The notes under the pieces: model-generated | What the model saw: the letters and a program-made list of their open reading frames with translations, nothing else | Told to the model about the DNA's origin: nothing | The model's database searches: none | Assembly (NCBI RefSeq): GCF_006345805.1 | Contig: NC_043024.1 | Coordinates: 11,594,001-11,658,000 of the forward strand | Reading direction: 5' to 3' | Length of the DNA: 64,000 nt | Origin: Octopus sinensis | Taxonomy: Eukaryota | Shown: positions 26,700 through 37,968 of the stretch, piece by piece | Layout: each line of letters begins with the position of its first letter | How positions within the stretch are numbered: position 1 is the first letter of the stretch | Made by a program: the position numbers and the translations under genes

Positions 26700-27173
26700 C
26701 TATCGGTAGGGATAGTAAAGGAAACAGATGAGGGAGAAGAAAATCACTGGCACCATGGTATAACACTAGAGAATTATCCCCATATAATAATAAACAGTGA
26801 ATAATATATATATATCTATATATAAGTAGGTGAATGAATTATCCTATGTCTATCGTTAGCATGGATAATTCGTTTAACCGAAACCTGGGTAGCAAATTCA
26901 CGTCAGAAAACACGGTTGAAGCGACCTGTCAAGGGTAGAAACTCCGGTTTCTTGTGTAGAAATTTGTGCGGTGTATATAAATGAATGAAAGAATGGAGTC
27001 GAACGAAGATGTTAACAAAATTCCTTTACTCTCAACATATGTTTCGAAGACAGCATATTTTCATTCCGAAGGAATAAAAGGTGCATTATGCAATCTTCTC
27101 ATATGTCGAGAGTAAAGGAATTTTGTTAACATCTTCGTTTGACTCCATTCTTTCATTCATTTATATATCTATA

Positions 27174-27208
<35 letters not shown>

Positions 27209-27550
27209 CAATTAAGGACTGAACACGAAAAGTGGACAGTCAACATGCTAGATATAGACGTCAAATCGCCATTCTCCACAAAAAGTCTATGTTCTCAGAT
27301 CAAACTCAACACAAAACCAAAGTAATTTGTGTTGAGTTTGATCTGAGAACATAGACTTTTTGTGGAGAATGGCGATTTGACGTCTATATCTAGCATGTTG
27401 ACTGTCCACTTTTCGTGTTCAGTCCTTAATTGGTATATATAAATATTTTAATCTTCGGATTCTTTCTTTAATATGCTAGACCACTGGTTCTAATTGATAA
27501 ATATCAATTTTTACCCTAAATTTAATTTTATATATATATATATATATATC

Positions 27551-27583
<33 letters not shown>

Positions 27584-28341
27584 ATGTGTGTGTGTGTGTA
27601 TATTTAAAGGGCTAAAAAACCACTAGGTGGTCAGCCGTATGCTAGAAGTAGATCACCTGCGATCAAACTACAAAGAGAAGAATGTTCTCTAGAGGAAGAT
27701 TCAGCAGACACCAGAATTCTGGTTTTTTATATAATTTTCATCTGTCTTGCCCGCATATTGTTCTCTGGAGAACATTCTTTTCTTTGTAGTTTGATCATAG
27801 GTGATCTACTTCTAGCATACGGCTGACCACCTACTGGTTTTTTAGCCCTTTAAATATAGACATGTATTAGAATTTTCTCTGATTTTTCAGATTTTTGTAT
27901 GCTAGGCTACTGGTTTTAAATTGATATTAATTAAATTAATATTCAATTTATCTCCCTCATTATCTAAATGTTATATATATATATATATATATATAAAACA
28001 ATTGCAGTCTGGAAGGTGTTTATAAGCCATTTAAGAAACACACAAAACCGTTAGATTCACTTCAACATTTAAATTTAATTTGTCAAAATATTTTCGTCGC
28101 TTTGAGACCGCGACCTGTTCACTGACAAAACTTTGTGCTGCATCTCTGAAGTTTTGTCAGTGAACAGGTCGCTGTCTCAAAGCAACGAAAATATTTTGAA
28201 AAATTAAATTTAAATGTTGAAGTGAGTCTAACGGTTTTTGTGTGTTTCTTAAATGGCTTATAAACACCTTCCACGCTGCAATTGCTTTCGTTCCAGCACA
28301 CGATCTCAGATCAAGTCACTTGCTATGCAAGTACATCTCTG

Positions 28342-28379
<38 letters not shown>

Positions 28380-28759
28380 CAGAAACCAAATGAATAAGAA
28401 GTATAGAACGATATGTAAATTAAATAAAACCCTAAAGTCTTGGAACAAGATATATCTAGTGGAAGCGTAATGTAAGAAGAAAAATGTTTAAATTATATAT
28501 AATGATATATATCATATGAACTAATGGTGTGTTTCTGCCCATGTTTACATCGGTAAGCAAGCTCTATAACTGTGTTTACAAGGGGATTTTTTAGAAAAAA
28601 GAATAAAAAATATTTTGTTTTTGGATTTGGTGTGCAAGATTCTTTATATGAATTCGTGTGTTGAAGCATATTCTGTTGTGTCTGGGGAGGGTCATTTTCT
28701 TTTTGTGCCTTATTATTTAACACACTCACCGGTAAAATTTCCACTTTTTTCTTATTGTC

Positions 28760-29983
28760 CTAAAATAGTTCACAGTTACAGAGAAGAGAGAATTTCTTGC
28801 ATTTATCATAAGGGAGCGAAATGGAGAGAATCAACCAATCAAAATTAAATTGTTTATTGTGGTCTTTTAGATACCAAATTAATTTACTAAGCCCTGTACT
28901 GTACTGTTATCCCTAAATGTAGAGTAATGATTAGAAATTCTTTTAGATAACTGAGAAGAAGAACTACCTATATAAAAAAATACATTAGTAGGCGCAGGAG
29001 TGGCTGTGTGGTAAGTAGCTTGCTAACCAACCACATGGTTCTGGGTTCAGTCCCACTGCATGGCATCTTGGGCAAGTGTCTTCTACTATAGCCTCAGGCC
29101 GACCAAAGCCTTGTGAGTGGATTTGGTAGACGGAAACTGAAAGAAGCCTGTCGTATATATGTATGTATGTGTTTGTCCCCCCAGCATTGCTTGACAACCG
29201 ATGCTGGTGTGTTTACGTCCCCCGTCACTTAGCGGTTCGGTAAAAGAGACCGATAGAATAAGTACTGGGCTTACAAAGAATAAGTCCTGGGGTCGATTCG
29301 CTCGACTAAAGGCGGTGCCCCAGCATGGCCACAGTCAAATGACTGAAACAAGTAAAAGAGTAAGAGAGAGGTACCTGAAGTAATTTTATACTGGTATATA
29401 GAGTTTTTAGAATTATTTGACATAAACTTAATTCTGTTGGAATTGACTTCAGAGACAATAACCTTGTTATTAATATTTCTAGGGGGATGGATGGCATTAA
29501 CTAAATTAATGCTAGTATTAGTAAATGTATTCTTATTTAACAGACTAATATTATGTGAGGAGATAATTTGTAAGAGATTTTTTGTGTTGGAAAAACCAAT
29601 CCTAACTGTGTGCAAGTTGATAATAGAGTAATACCTAGAATTCTTAGGAAAATTCCTAATAACAACTTCCCGAAACTGTAAAGGAAGATTAGATTTAACT
29701 TGCCTCCCATAAGGAATAATCAACCAAATAGTTTTACTATTATTTGCCTTATTTTTAGTGTAACTATCTTTAAAAGACATCGATTTACCTTTACAATGAA
29801 AAAAGGGGTTTAAATATGGGTTATCTCCCTTCCTCTGTTTGGTGTTGGCGTATAAATTAAAATTGATATCGTTTATATCCTTACAACAAGATTTCATATC
29901 TCCATTAGTAAAAGTAGAATAAGATTGAATGGAATTAATGTAGGTAAATCTATATTGAATTAATTTATTTTGTTTATCGCATG
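28760..29983 (-). mobile_element. Penelope-like retroelement fragment (RT-EN linker plus GIY-YIG endonuclease), interrupted by a SINE
   Basis: TIWLIIPYGRQVKSNLPLQF...NFPKNSRYYSIINLHTVRIGFSNTKNLLQIISSHN resembles the PLE linker IIWFNPPF...HFPK...IFNRNTIKLSYS...HN. It continues as IYQYKITSGTNVFFYIG...KRISNHYSTFR...LSKLIWYLKD...DW.I...PY...LC once the SINE and a 5-bp duplication are removed. Confidence 0.8.
28991..29370 (+). mobile_element. tRNA-derived bipartite SINE (family A, head-(TA)n/(TG)n-tail), representative of about 20 copies
   Basis: GGCGCAGGAGTGGCTGTGTGG...GGTTCAGTCCC head and GAAACAAGTAAAAGAG tail, with a 3-bp GTA duplication. Other copies: + at 2028, 13681, 15447, 17030, 17710, 20346, 33590, 34305, 38231, 55657; - at 1285-1683, 30488-30922, 43246-43795, 53390-53772, 55150-55540, 60085-60620. 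Confidence 0.85.
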
Positions 29984-30306
29984 CTTAAGACATTTATTTG
30001 AAAGGACCAATGAAACAAATCCATTTTTAAAGGTGTATCCTTTAAATAGTTTTGAACATATTGTTATTTTGGTTCTATTTTAACAAAACTGTCCGATGAA
30101 CAGGAACGTGAAGCTCTGAGTAACAGCTTTTGTTATATTTCTGCTGCTTTTAAATAAAGTATATATATATACATATATATATGTATGTATATACACACAT
30201 ACATATATATATATGTATGTATATATACACATACATATATATATGTATGTATATATACACATACAATATATATACATTATTTAAAAGCAGCAGAAATATA
30301 ACAAAA

Positions 30307-30344
30307 CTGCCTGACGAATGGGAATGTGAAACTCTGAGTAACAG
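30307..30344 (+). ncRNA. Hammerhead motif (family C); other copies at 30089-30126 (+) and 35993-36028 (-)
   Basis: CTGC-CTGACGA-ATG-GGAA-TGT-GAA-ACTCTGAGT-A-ACAG. Three-copy consensus: CUGU CUGAUGA ACG GNAA CGU GAA ACUC N GAGU A ACAG. Confidence 0.6.
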
Positions 30345-30446
30345 GTTTTGTTAAATTTCTGCTGCTTTTAAATAAAGCATATTACTCTACCTCTGATATT
30401 TGAGTACTCTTATTTCCACCTTGTTTCACATTTGTGTTTACTCCGG

Positions 30447-30477
<31 letters not shown>

Positions 30478-30704
30478 TATATATATTCTTTTACTTGTTT
30501 CAGTCATGTGACTGTGGCCATGCTGGAGCATCACCTTTAGTCGAGCAAATCAACCCCCAAGACTTATTCTTTGTAAGCCTAGTACTTACTCTATCAGTCT
30601 CTTTTGCCAAACTGCTAAGTTATGGGGACATAAACACACCAGCATCGGTTGTCAAGCGATGTTGTGGGGACAGACACACAAACATACACTCACACACATA
30701 CACA

Positions 30705-30755
<51 letters not shown>

Positions 30756-32019
30756 CACACGATGGGCATCTTTCAGTTTCCGTCTACCAAATCCACTCAC
30801 AAGGCTTTGGTCGGCCCGAGGCTATAGTAGAAGACACTTGCCCAAGGTACCATGCAGCGGGACTGAACCTGGAACCATGTGGTTGGTAAGCAAGCTACTT
30901 ACCACTCAGCCACTCCTGCGCCTATATATATATATATATATATAATACAATAACATATTATAATAATATATTAATATATCACGATATATTAAAGACATTA
31001 TAATATAGATGGCCATATTAAGGGCCAAAAAGGTAAAATTAATAAACAAGGGTGCAAAATAACACCTGCAATTGATAGAAATGACAATCAAAATTTAAAT
31101 TGAGTTAAGTTTTGACTCTCATTTCTAGCAATTGCAGGTGCTCTTTTGCACCCTTGTTTATATATAAAGTTATAAATGATGAAAGAAATATTTCTCTTGT
31201 TATTTCTAACTTTATACACACCTTACGGTTATTGTTTGTATCGTACTATATATATATTATATGTTTTTTAGAATGATACAATAAGGAGCTTTTTTTTTTG
31301 AGTACTACAGGCGTAGGAGTGGCTGTGTGGTAAGTAGCTTGCTTACCAACCACATCGTTCCAGGCTCAGTCCCACTGTGTGGCACCTTGGGCAAGTGTCT
31401 TCTACTATAGCCTTGGGCTGACCAAAGCCTTGTGAGTGGATGTGGTAGATGAAAACTGAAAAAAGCCCGTCGTATATATAAGTAACTCATTTTTAAATGC
31501 ATATTACCTCAATACATCTGACTAATATAGGCAGAATGAGATACCTTTATCTACAGGCTGAAACAGCTGTAAGATCCATTTTATGTGTATTACTTTTATG
31601 GTATTATTATCTTAGATATTGATGTATATTGTTTTATTCTATTGGATTTGGATGTTCCTATTTAAGTAGTTAAAAAATAATATGAATTGGTAATATCTGT
31701 AAGTCGATGATTGAAAGGAATCTGTTCCTCCATTTTCTTATTTGTATTATGTGTGTGAGTGTATATATATATATATGTATGTGTGTGTATATGTTTGTGT
31801 CTGTGTTTGTCCCCCCAACATCGCTTGACAACTGATGCTGGTGTGTTTACATCCCAGTAACTTAGCAGTTCGGCAAACGAGACCGATAGAATTAGTACTA
31901 GGCTTCAAAGAATAAGTCCTGGGGTCGATTTGCTTGACTAAAAGGTGGTGCTCCAGCATGGCTGCAGTAAAAAAAAAATGACTGAAACAGGATTAGTTGA
32001 ATCCACATATGACTTAAAT

Positions 32020-32550
32020 GTATATACATGTAGTTGATATTCTTGGCTGGGCCCTAAATGAACTCAGCAAACTAGACAGGAAAACAAGAAAAATATTGAT
32101 GCAATTTAGAACACATCAGCCAGAATCTAATATAGAAAGATGTATACAACAAATTGAAGGTTGTAGAGGCCTTATAGACCTAGAAAACTACTATAAAATA
32201 TCCACCAAAAGATTACAGAAATATCTAAATCAGAATGAATGAAAACTGGTAGAAATAACCATGGAACATGAAGAAAACAAAACAGTTTTCTGTTGCCAAG
32301 GAAACGAAAAGATACAAGAAAGAGGTCATAATATCTGACAACTATGACGAAAAGAGCAAGTAATAAAAGGTGTAAAGCAACTAAAATCTAAGATTAAATT
32401 GGAACTACAAAATTCCATGATAGAACAATGGCAAGAAAAGCCCTCAGATGGCAGCTATTGGGAGACGAAGGGCTCAAAGCAGAGACTGAAGGATTTTTAA
32501 TTGTAACACAAAATCAAAGCCTCCACACCAGAAATTACCAGAAACACATA
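32020..32550 (+). mobile_element. R4/Dong-like non-LTR retrotransposon remnant
   Basis: LGWALNELSKLDRKTRKIL...GCRGLIDLE and ETEGFLIVTQNQSLHTRNYQKHI, typical post-RT motifs of restriction-like-endonuclease LINEs; multiple stops. Confidence 0.7.
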
Positions 32551-34152
32551 ATCTTTTCTACTCTAGGCTTGAAATTTTGGGGGAGGGAGCCAGTCGGTTA
32601 GATCGATTTTAGTATGCAACAGGTACTTAATTTATCGACCCCGAAAGGACAAAAGGCAAAGTCGACCTCGATGGAATTTGAACTCAGAACATAAAGACAG
32701 ATGAAATACCGCTAAGCATTTCACTCAACATGCTAATGTTTCGACCAGCTCTCTGCATCGTTTTGAATATAATATTCTTTTCTACTCTAGGCACAAGGCC
32801 TGAAATTTTGGGGGAGGGGCCCAGTCAATTAGATCGACTTCAGTATGCAACTGGTACTTAATTTATCAACCCTGAAAGGATGAAAGGCAAAGTCGACCTC
32901 GATGGAATTTGAACTCAATGTAAAGACAGACGAAATACTGGTAAGCATTTCAAATGGAATGCTAACGTTTCTACCAGCTCGCCACATTGTTCTGAAGATA
33001 ATATTCTTCAAAGTTTTTAATTTTTTTAGTTGTTGGAAATCATATCTGGTACTATTTCATTCTTTTTAGAAATCCTCAGCATGACATGAACTGTGACTCA
33101 TTTAATTAAATACTTTATGAAGCGAGATATTTCCTTGAAGATGGAATTAATTACTGTCTGGAAGAAATACATGTAATATTTTTTTCTCATTTTTTTCATA
33201 AAATATAAGTAGATTAAGAATTGGAAGAAAAGTGAGAAAGTTTTAAGGGTTTACATTAAGGGAACAATACTCTTTATTCTTTTACTTATTTCAGTCATGT
33301 GACTGCAGCCATGCTGAGGCACCACCTTTAGTCAAACAAATTGATCCCAGGACTTATTCTTTGTAAGAAGCCTAGTACTTATTCTATCGGTCTCTTTTGC
33401 TGAACCGCTAAGTTATAGGGACAAGGCAAAGTCGACCCTGGTGACATTTTAACTCAGAATATAAAGATGGATAAAGAGCTGCAAGACACCTTGCCAGGTG
33501 CGCTAACGATTCTGCCTTCCAGTAACTCAATATTAACAACACTCCTTATATGGAAAGAAAGGTTATAAAAAATGGCATAAAATGTATAATAGGAGTAGGA
33601 GTGGCTGTGTGGTAAGTAGTTGCTTACGAACCACATGGTTCCGGGTTCAGTCCCACTGCATGGCATCTTGGGCAAATGTCTTCTACTATAGCCCCGGGCT
33701 GACCAAAACCTTGTGAGTGGATTTGGTAGACGGAAACTGAAAGAAGCCCGTTGTGTATATGTATATATATGTATGCATGTGTGTGTGTATGTTTGTGTGT
33801 CTGTGTTTGTCCCCCCACCATCGCTTGACAACCAATGCTGGTGTGTTTACGTCCCCGTAACTTAGCAGTTCGGCAAAAGAGACCGACAGAATAAGAACTA
33901 GGCTTACAAAGAAAAACTCCTGGGGTCAATTTGCTTGACTAAAGGCAGTGCTCCAGCATGGCCACTTTTATGCAGCATTTGACTCAGAGTGATGACACCC
34001 AAACAAGAAAATCTATCTGTTGCTCAGGTAACTCGGTCAATTTGCCTATATATCTCCAACTGTATCTATCTATCTTATATAAATTTTTGAGTTCAGCTAC
34101 TCTCTGTGTCATTAGGCTGGTTATGATTGAAAAGTTTTGATGGAGGTTTTAT

Positions 34153-34224
34153 GTGAGTGTAGCACAAGGGATAGTACGCTGGACTTCTAATCAGAGGTTG
34201 TGGGTTTGAATCCCACCAGGAATG
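34153..34224 (+). pseudogene. Degenerate tRNA-Arg(TCT)-like sequence
   Basis: GTGAGTGTAGCACAAGGGATAGTACGCTGGACTTCTAATCAGAGGTTGTGGGTTTGAATCCCACCAGGAATG has the CTGGA-CTTCTAA anticodon arm and a paired T-arm. The acceptor stem does not pair and one base is missing from the anticodon stem. Confidence 0.6.
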
Positions 34225-36541
34225 ATATACAATACTTTTAGTTCTCAGGGCAGTGCCCCAGCATGGCCACAGTCTAACAAGTAAAAGATATATATATATA
34301 TATAGGCACAGGAGTGGCTGTGTGGTAAGTAGCTTGCTTACCAACCACATGGTTCCGGGTTCAGTCCCATTGTGTGGCACCTTGGGCAAGTGTCTTCTAC
34401 TATAGCCTCGGGCCGACCAAAGCCTTATGAGTGGATTTGGTAGACGGAAACTGAACGAAGCCTGTCGTATATATGTATATATATCTAAGTGTGTATATGT
34501 TTGTGTGTCTGTGTTTGTCCCCCTAGCATTGCTTGACAACTGGTGCTGGTGTGGTTATGTCCCTGTTACTTAGCGGTTCGGCAAAAGAGACCGATAGAAT
34601 AAGTACTGGGCTTACAAAGAATAAGTCCCGAGATCGAGTGCTCCAGCATGGCCGCAGTCAAATGACTGAAACTAGTAAAAGAGAGTATATATATATAAAG
34701 GGAAAGTTTACGAAAATAAACAAAGGACGAAGGCAGGTGGAGTACAAACAAACAAATGTATTAGTATGGCACTCAGGAATAGAAAAAAGACTTTTACGCT
34801 TCGAGCCTATGCTCTTCGACAGAAAGGAACACAGAAAAAAACAAGGAGAGAAAAAAATGCGTGTAGTAGCTATATATAGGAGTGGATTTCTGTGATAAGG
34901 TGGAGGAGGAGCCATTGGTGAGGAAAAACACGACAAAGAAATAAAGGAAAGAAAGGAGAAGGGGAGAAGGGATTAAAAATGAAATAAAGGAGGGTGGACG
35001 GATGTTAATTCAATAAAAATAAAAATATTAAATAAATAAATAAAATTGAGTGATAGAGTAATGATTATACAAACCAACAATTCAAACCTAGCCTCATGAG
35101 ACTAATTTCAGGGACAAGTTACAATGTCTTGATAAACCCATGTCTATCCATGTCTTTATAATATGCCTGCATATGTATGCCCATGGTTAAACATAGGTAA
35201 TATACAAGTAGTGTAATGGATACTTCTATCCCTTAGATGGTTATTTTAACCTCTAACTCAGCTAACCTATACATACACACATACATACATACATATATAT
35301 ATAAGAGCAAAAAGGGTATGGGTGCCGCTATATATATATGTATATGTAAAAAAATACAAACTGGGACAAGAACGCAAAACATTTAGAAGACGATACAAAA
35401 AACACGGACGGGACATTCGAAGCCTTCAATCTTCAGTCAAGAACCGGATTATCCTAGCAATTTCGGCTGATTAATCTTGAGATTGCTCTGATCTGGCCAG
35501 CCCTAGATTTTCCTTTGGGGCTGGCCAGATCGGAGCAATCTCAAGATAAATCAGCCGAAATTGCGAGGATGATCCGATTCTTGACTGAAGATTGAAGGCT
35601 TCGAATGTCCTGTCCGTGTTTTTTGTATCGTCTTCTAAATGTTTTGCGTTCTTGTCCCATTTTGTATTTTTTTACATATACATATACATACATATATATA
35701 TATGTTTCTTTTTAAGCCCTTCTTCACTCTCCATGAAGCATCAGGCTAGCAACGACTTTTCTCCACTTTAGGTTGCTTCCCCCCCCCCCGCTTCAGTTGG
35801 ATCCCTGCTTTTTTTTTTCCTGCCCCTAGCTACGTTTAAGGTACCCTTTCAAGAACTGGACGATATATATATACACACATACATATACCGGAGTAAACAC
35901 ATAAATGTGAAACAAGGTGGAAAAAAAGAGTACTCAAATACCAGTGGTAGAGTAATATGCTTTATTTAAAGCAGCAGAAAATTCAACAAAATCTGTTACT
36001 CTGAGTTTCTCGTTGCCGTTCATCAGACGAGAAACTCAGAGTAACAGATTTTGTTGAATTTTCTGCTGCTTTAAATAAAGTATATATATATATATATATA
36101 TATATGACGCTCGTGTCGGTCTAATTAATTGTATTTAAGACGAACCTCTGCTGATGATTTATAGATGTGTATGTAAGTAAAATTACGTATTACATTAGTA
36201 ATGAAACAATTTGTTCAGGGTCAATCTATTTATTCGTTATATTTCACTTTCCTTCCGTTAAATGTATGTTACTTCTCGTTGGAAACATCTTTTTCTGTGG
36301 CTATACTATCGGGGCTATTTTTAGCACTAGAGTTATCCACATAGTGGTTAACTCTCTAATAATTTATGTATAAATTTGTATTTTCTCCGTAGTTTTTTTG
36401 TGCTAAGCCACTCGGTGTTAAATTAATGGTATTATTAAATTAATATCAATTTTTCACCCTCATTTATAAATATATATATATATATATATATATAGCCACT
36501 AAGGCTTTTTTTATTCTCTCTCTGTTTATTTTCTCGTGTTC

Positions 36542-36577
36542 CTTCCTGTTGAAGAGCGTAGGCTCGAAACGTAAAAG
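36542..36577 (+). ncRNA. Variant-core hammerhead-like motif (family D); second copy at 34791-34826 (-)
   Basis: CTGTTGA-A-GAGC-GTAG-GCTC-GAA-ACGT-A-AAAG. The second copy reads CTTT-CTGTCGA-A-GAGC-ATAG-GCTC-GAA-GCGT-A-AAAG. Confidence 0.4.
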
Positions 36578-36711
36578 ACTTTCCCACATTCCCGAGCGTT
36601 AAACTAATACACCTGCTTGTTGTTTATACACCTGTCTTCGTCTTTTGCTTTTTGTAAATTTCAACTATGTATATAAATATATGTATACGTGTATATATAT
36701 GTATATGTGCG

Positions 36712-36742
<31 letters not shown>

Positions 36743-37116
36743 ATATATATAAATATATATATATATATGTATGTATGTATAAGTGAGTGTGTGTGTGTAG
36801 TGTTTTATTTTATTTGTCAATATTAGATAGTTATTAGCTATCCATATCATCATCATTATGAATACACTATTTACTAATGATAATATTAATTAATTAATTA
36901 ATAATTAACTTAATAATTTTTTAATTTTATTTATTATTATTATTATTAGTATTTTCATTTTATTATTACACATTTATTTGATTCTATTTACAATTACCAT
37001 TATCATTGCCAAAGGTTTCAATTTTATTAATGGCACTAAATCAAACGCTTGAAAACACTGCCCCAGTATGGCCAGTCTGGTGACTGGAAACATTAAAGAA
37101 TAAAAGAAAAACTTAC

Positions 37117-37344
37117 GTTAGAGAATGGACAACAACCGTATTCTCCATTAGCTAAAGGACAGCAAGTCATGTTGCTTGAACAAGAGGTCTGTGCATCAGG
37201 ACATATTTGGTCAGAAAGGTGCTTAGGCAATGGGTCCTCGGCTTTGGCGACCTTTGTGGCGCTTTTCTCACATTTCTTGGAATTCACATTACATGTGTGG
37301 TCATTTGGACAACACAGACCTTCACCACCACTGCAGCAGATGGC
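37117..37344 (-). CDS. GRN: Progranulin exon (C-half module 2, linker, N-half module 3)
   Basis: ttctccgcag| ... AAC|gtaagt, 228 nt. Encodes AICCSGGEGLCCPNDHTCNVNSKKC...DQICPDAQTSCSSNMTCCPLANGEYGCCPFSN. Confidence 0.92.
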
Positions 37345-37409
37345 CTGCGGAGAAGAACAAGCAACGTCAATGGGAAATGGAAATTAAGGATGTCAAAGGT
37401 GAAAAAACA

Positions 37410-37790
37410 GAGAGAGAAAGAGCGAGAGAGAGAGAAAGAGAGAGAGAGAGCAAGAGAGAAATGGAGAGAGAGAGAGCAAGAGAGAAAGAGAGAGAGAGAA
37501 AGAGAAAGAGCGAGAGAGAGAGAGAGAAAGAGAGAAAGAGAGAGAGAGAAAGAGCGAGAGAGAGAAAGAGAGAAAGAGAGAGAGATCAAGAGAGAAAGAG
37601 AGAGAGCAAGAGAGAAAGAGAAAGAGAGAGCGCAAGAGAGAAAGAGAGAGAGAGCAAGAGAGAAAGCGAGAGAGAGAGCAAGAGAGAAAGAGAAAGAGAG
37701 AGAGAGAAAGAGAAAGAGAGAGAGAGCAAGAGAAATAGAGAAAGAGCGAGAGAGAGAAAGAGAGAGAGAGAAAGGGAGAGCGAGAGGTGG
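37410..37790. repeat. (GA/GAAA)n purine microsatellite filling a GRN intron
   Basis: Continuous AGAG/AAAG/AGCG units. Confidence 0.95.
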
Positions 37791-37815
37791 AGACAAAATT
37801 CGGTAAATAACTTAC

Positions 37816-37968
37816 ATTTGGATAAGGGCAGCAACCAAATTCCTCATTCTCTAAAAGACAAACTGTGTGGTTTGAGTGGCATTTTGGATTCCTTTTCAAA
37901 GTTCTTTCATGGCTAAAAACTCTGTCGAAAAAGTTCAGTCTGTTGGTAAATTCAACATCATTGGTTGG
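37816..37968 (-). CDS. GRN: Progranulin exon (linker and atypical N-half of module 2)
   Basis: atcttttcag| ... AAT|gtaagt, 153 nt. Encodes PTNDVEFTNRLNFFDRVFSHERTLKRNPKCHSNHTVCLLENEEFGCCPYPN. Confidence 0.88.

Noticed and set aside
28880-28968. Apparent GRN linker exon (tttttatatag|GTAGTT...) and donor TCAG|gtacct at 29376
   Set aside because: The sequence is the YIG half of the Penelope-like endonuclease, and the GRN model is complete without it. Cryptic use cannot be excluded without RNA data.
33090-33165. Possible alternative terminal GRN exon (ttcttccag|TVINSIFKEISRFIKYLIK-stop, - strand)
   Set aside because: Only a plausible acceptor and a short frame; no homology or other support.
37207-37916. 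Long ERERE / SLSLSL ORFs
   Set aside because: Translations of the GA microsatellite in the GRN intron.
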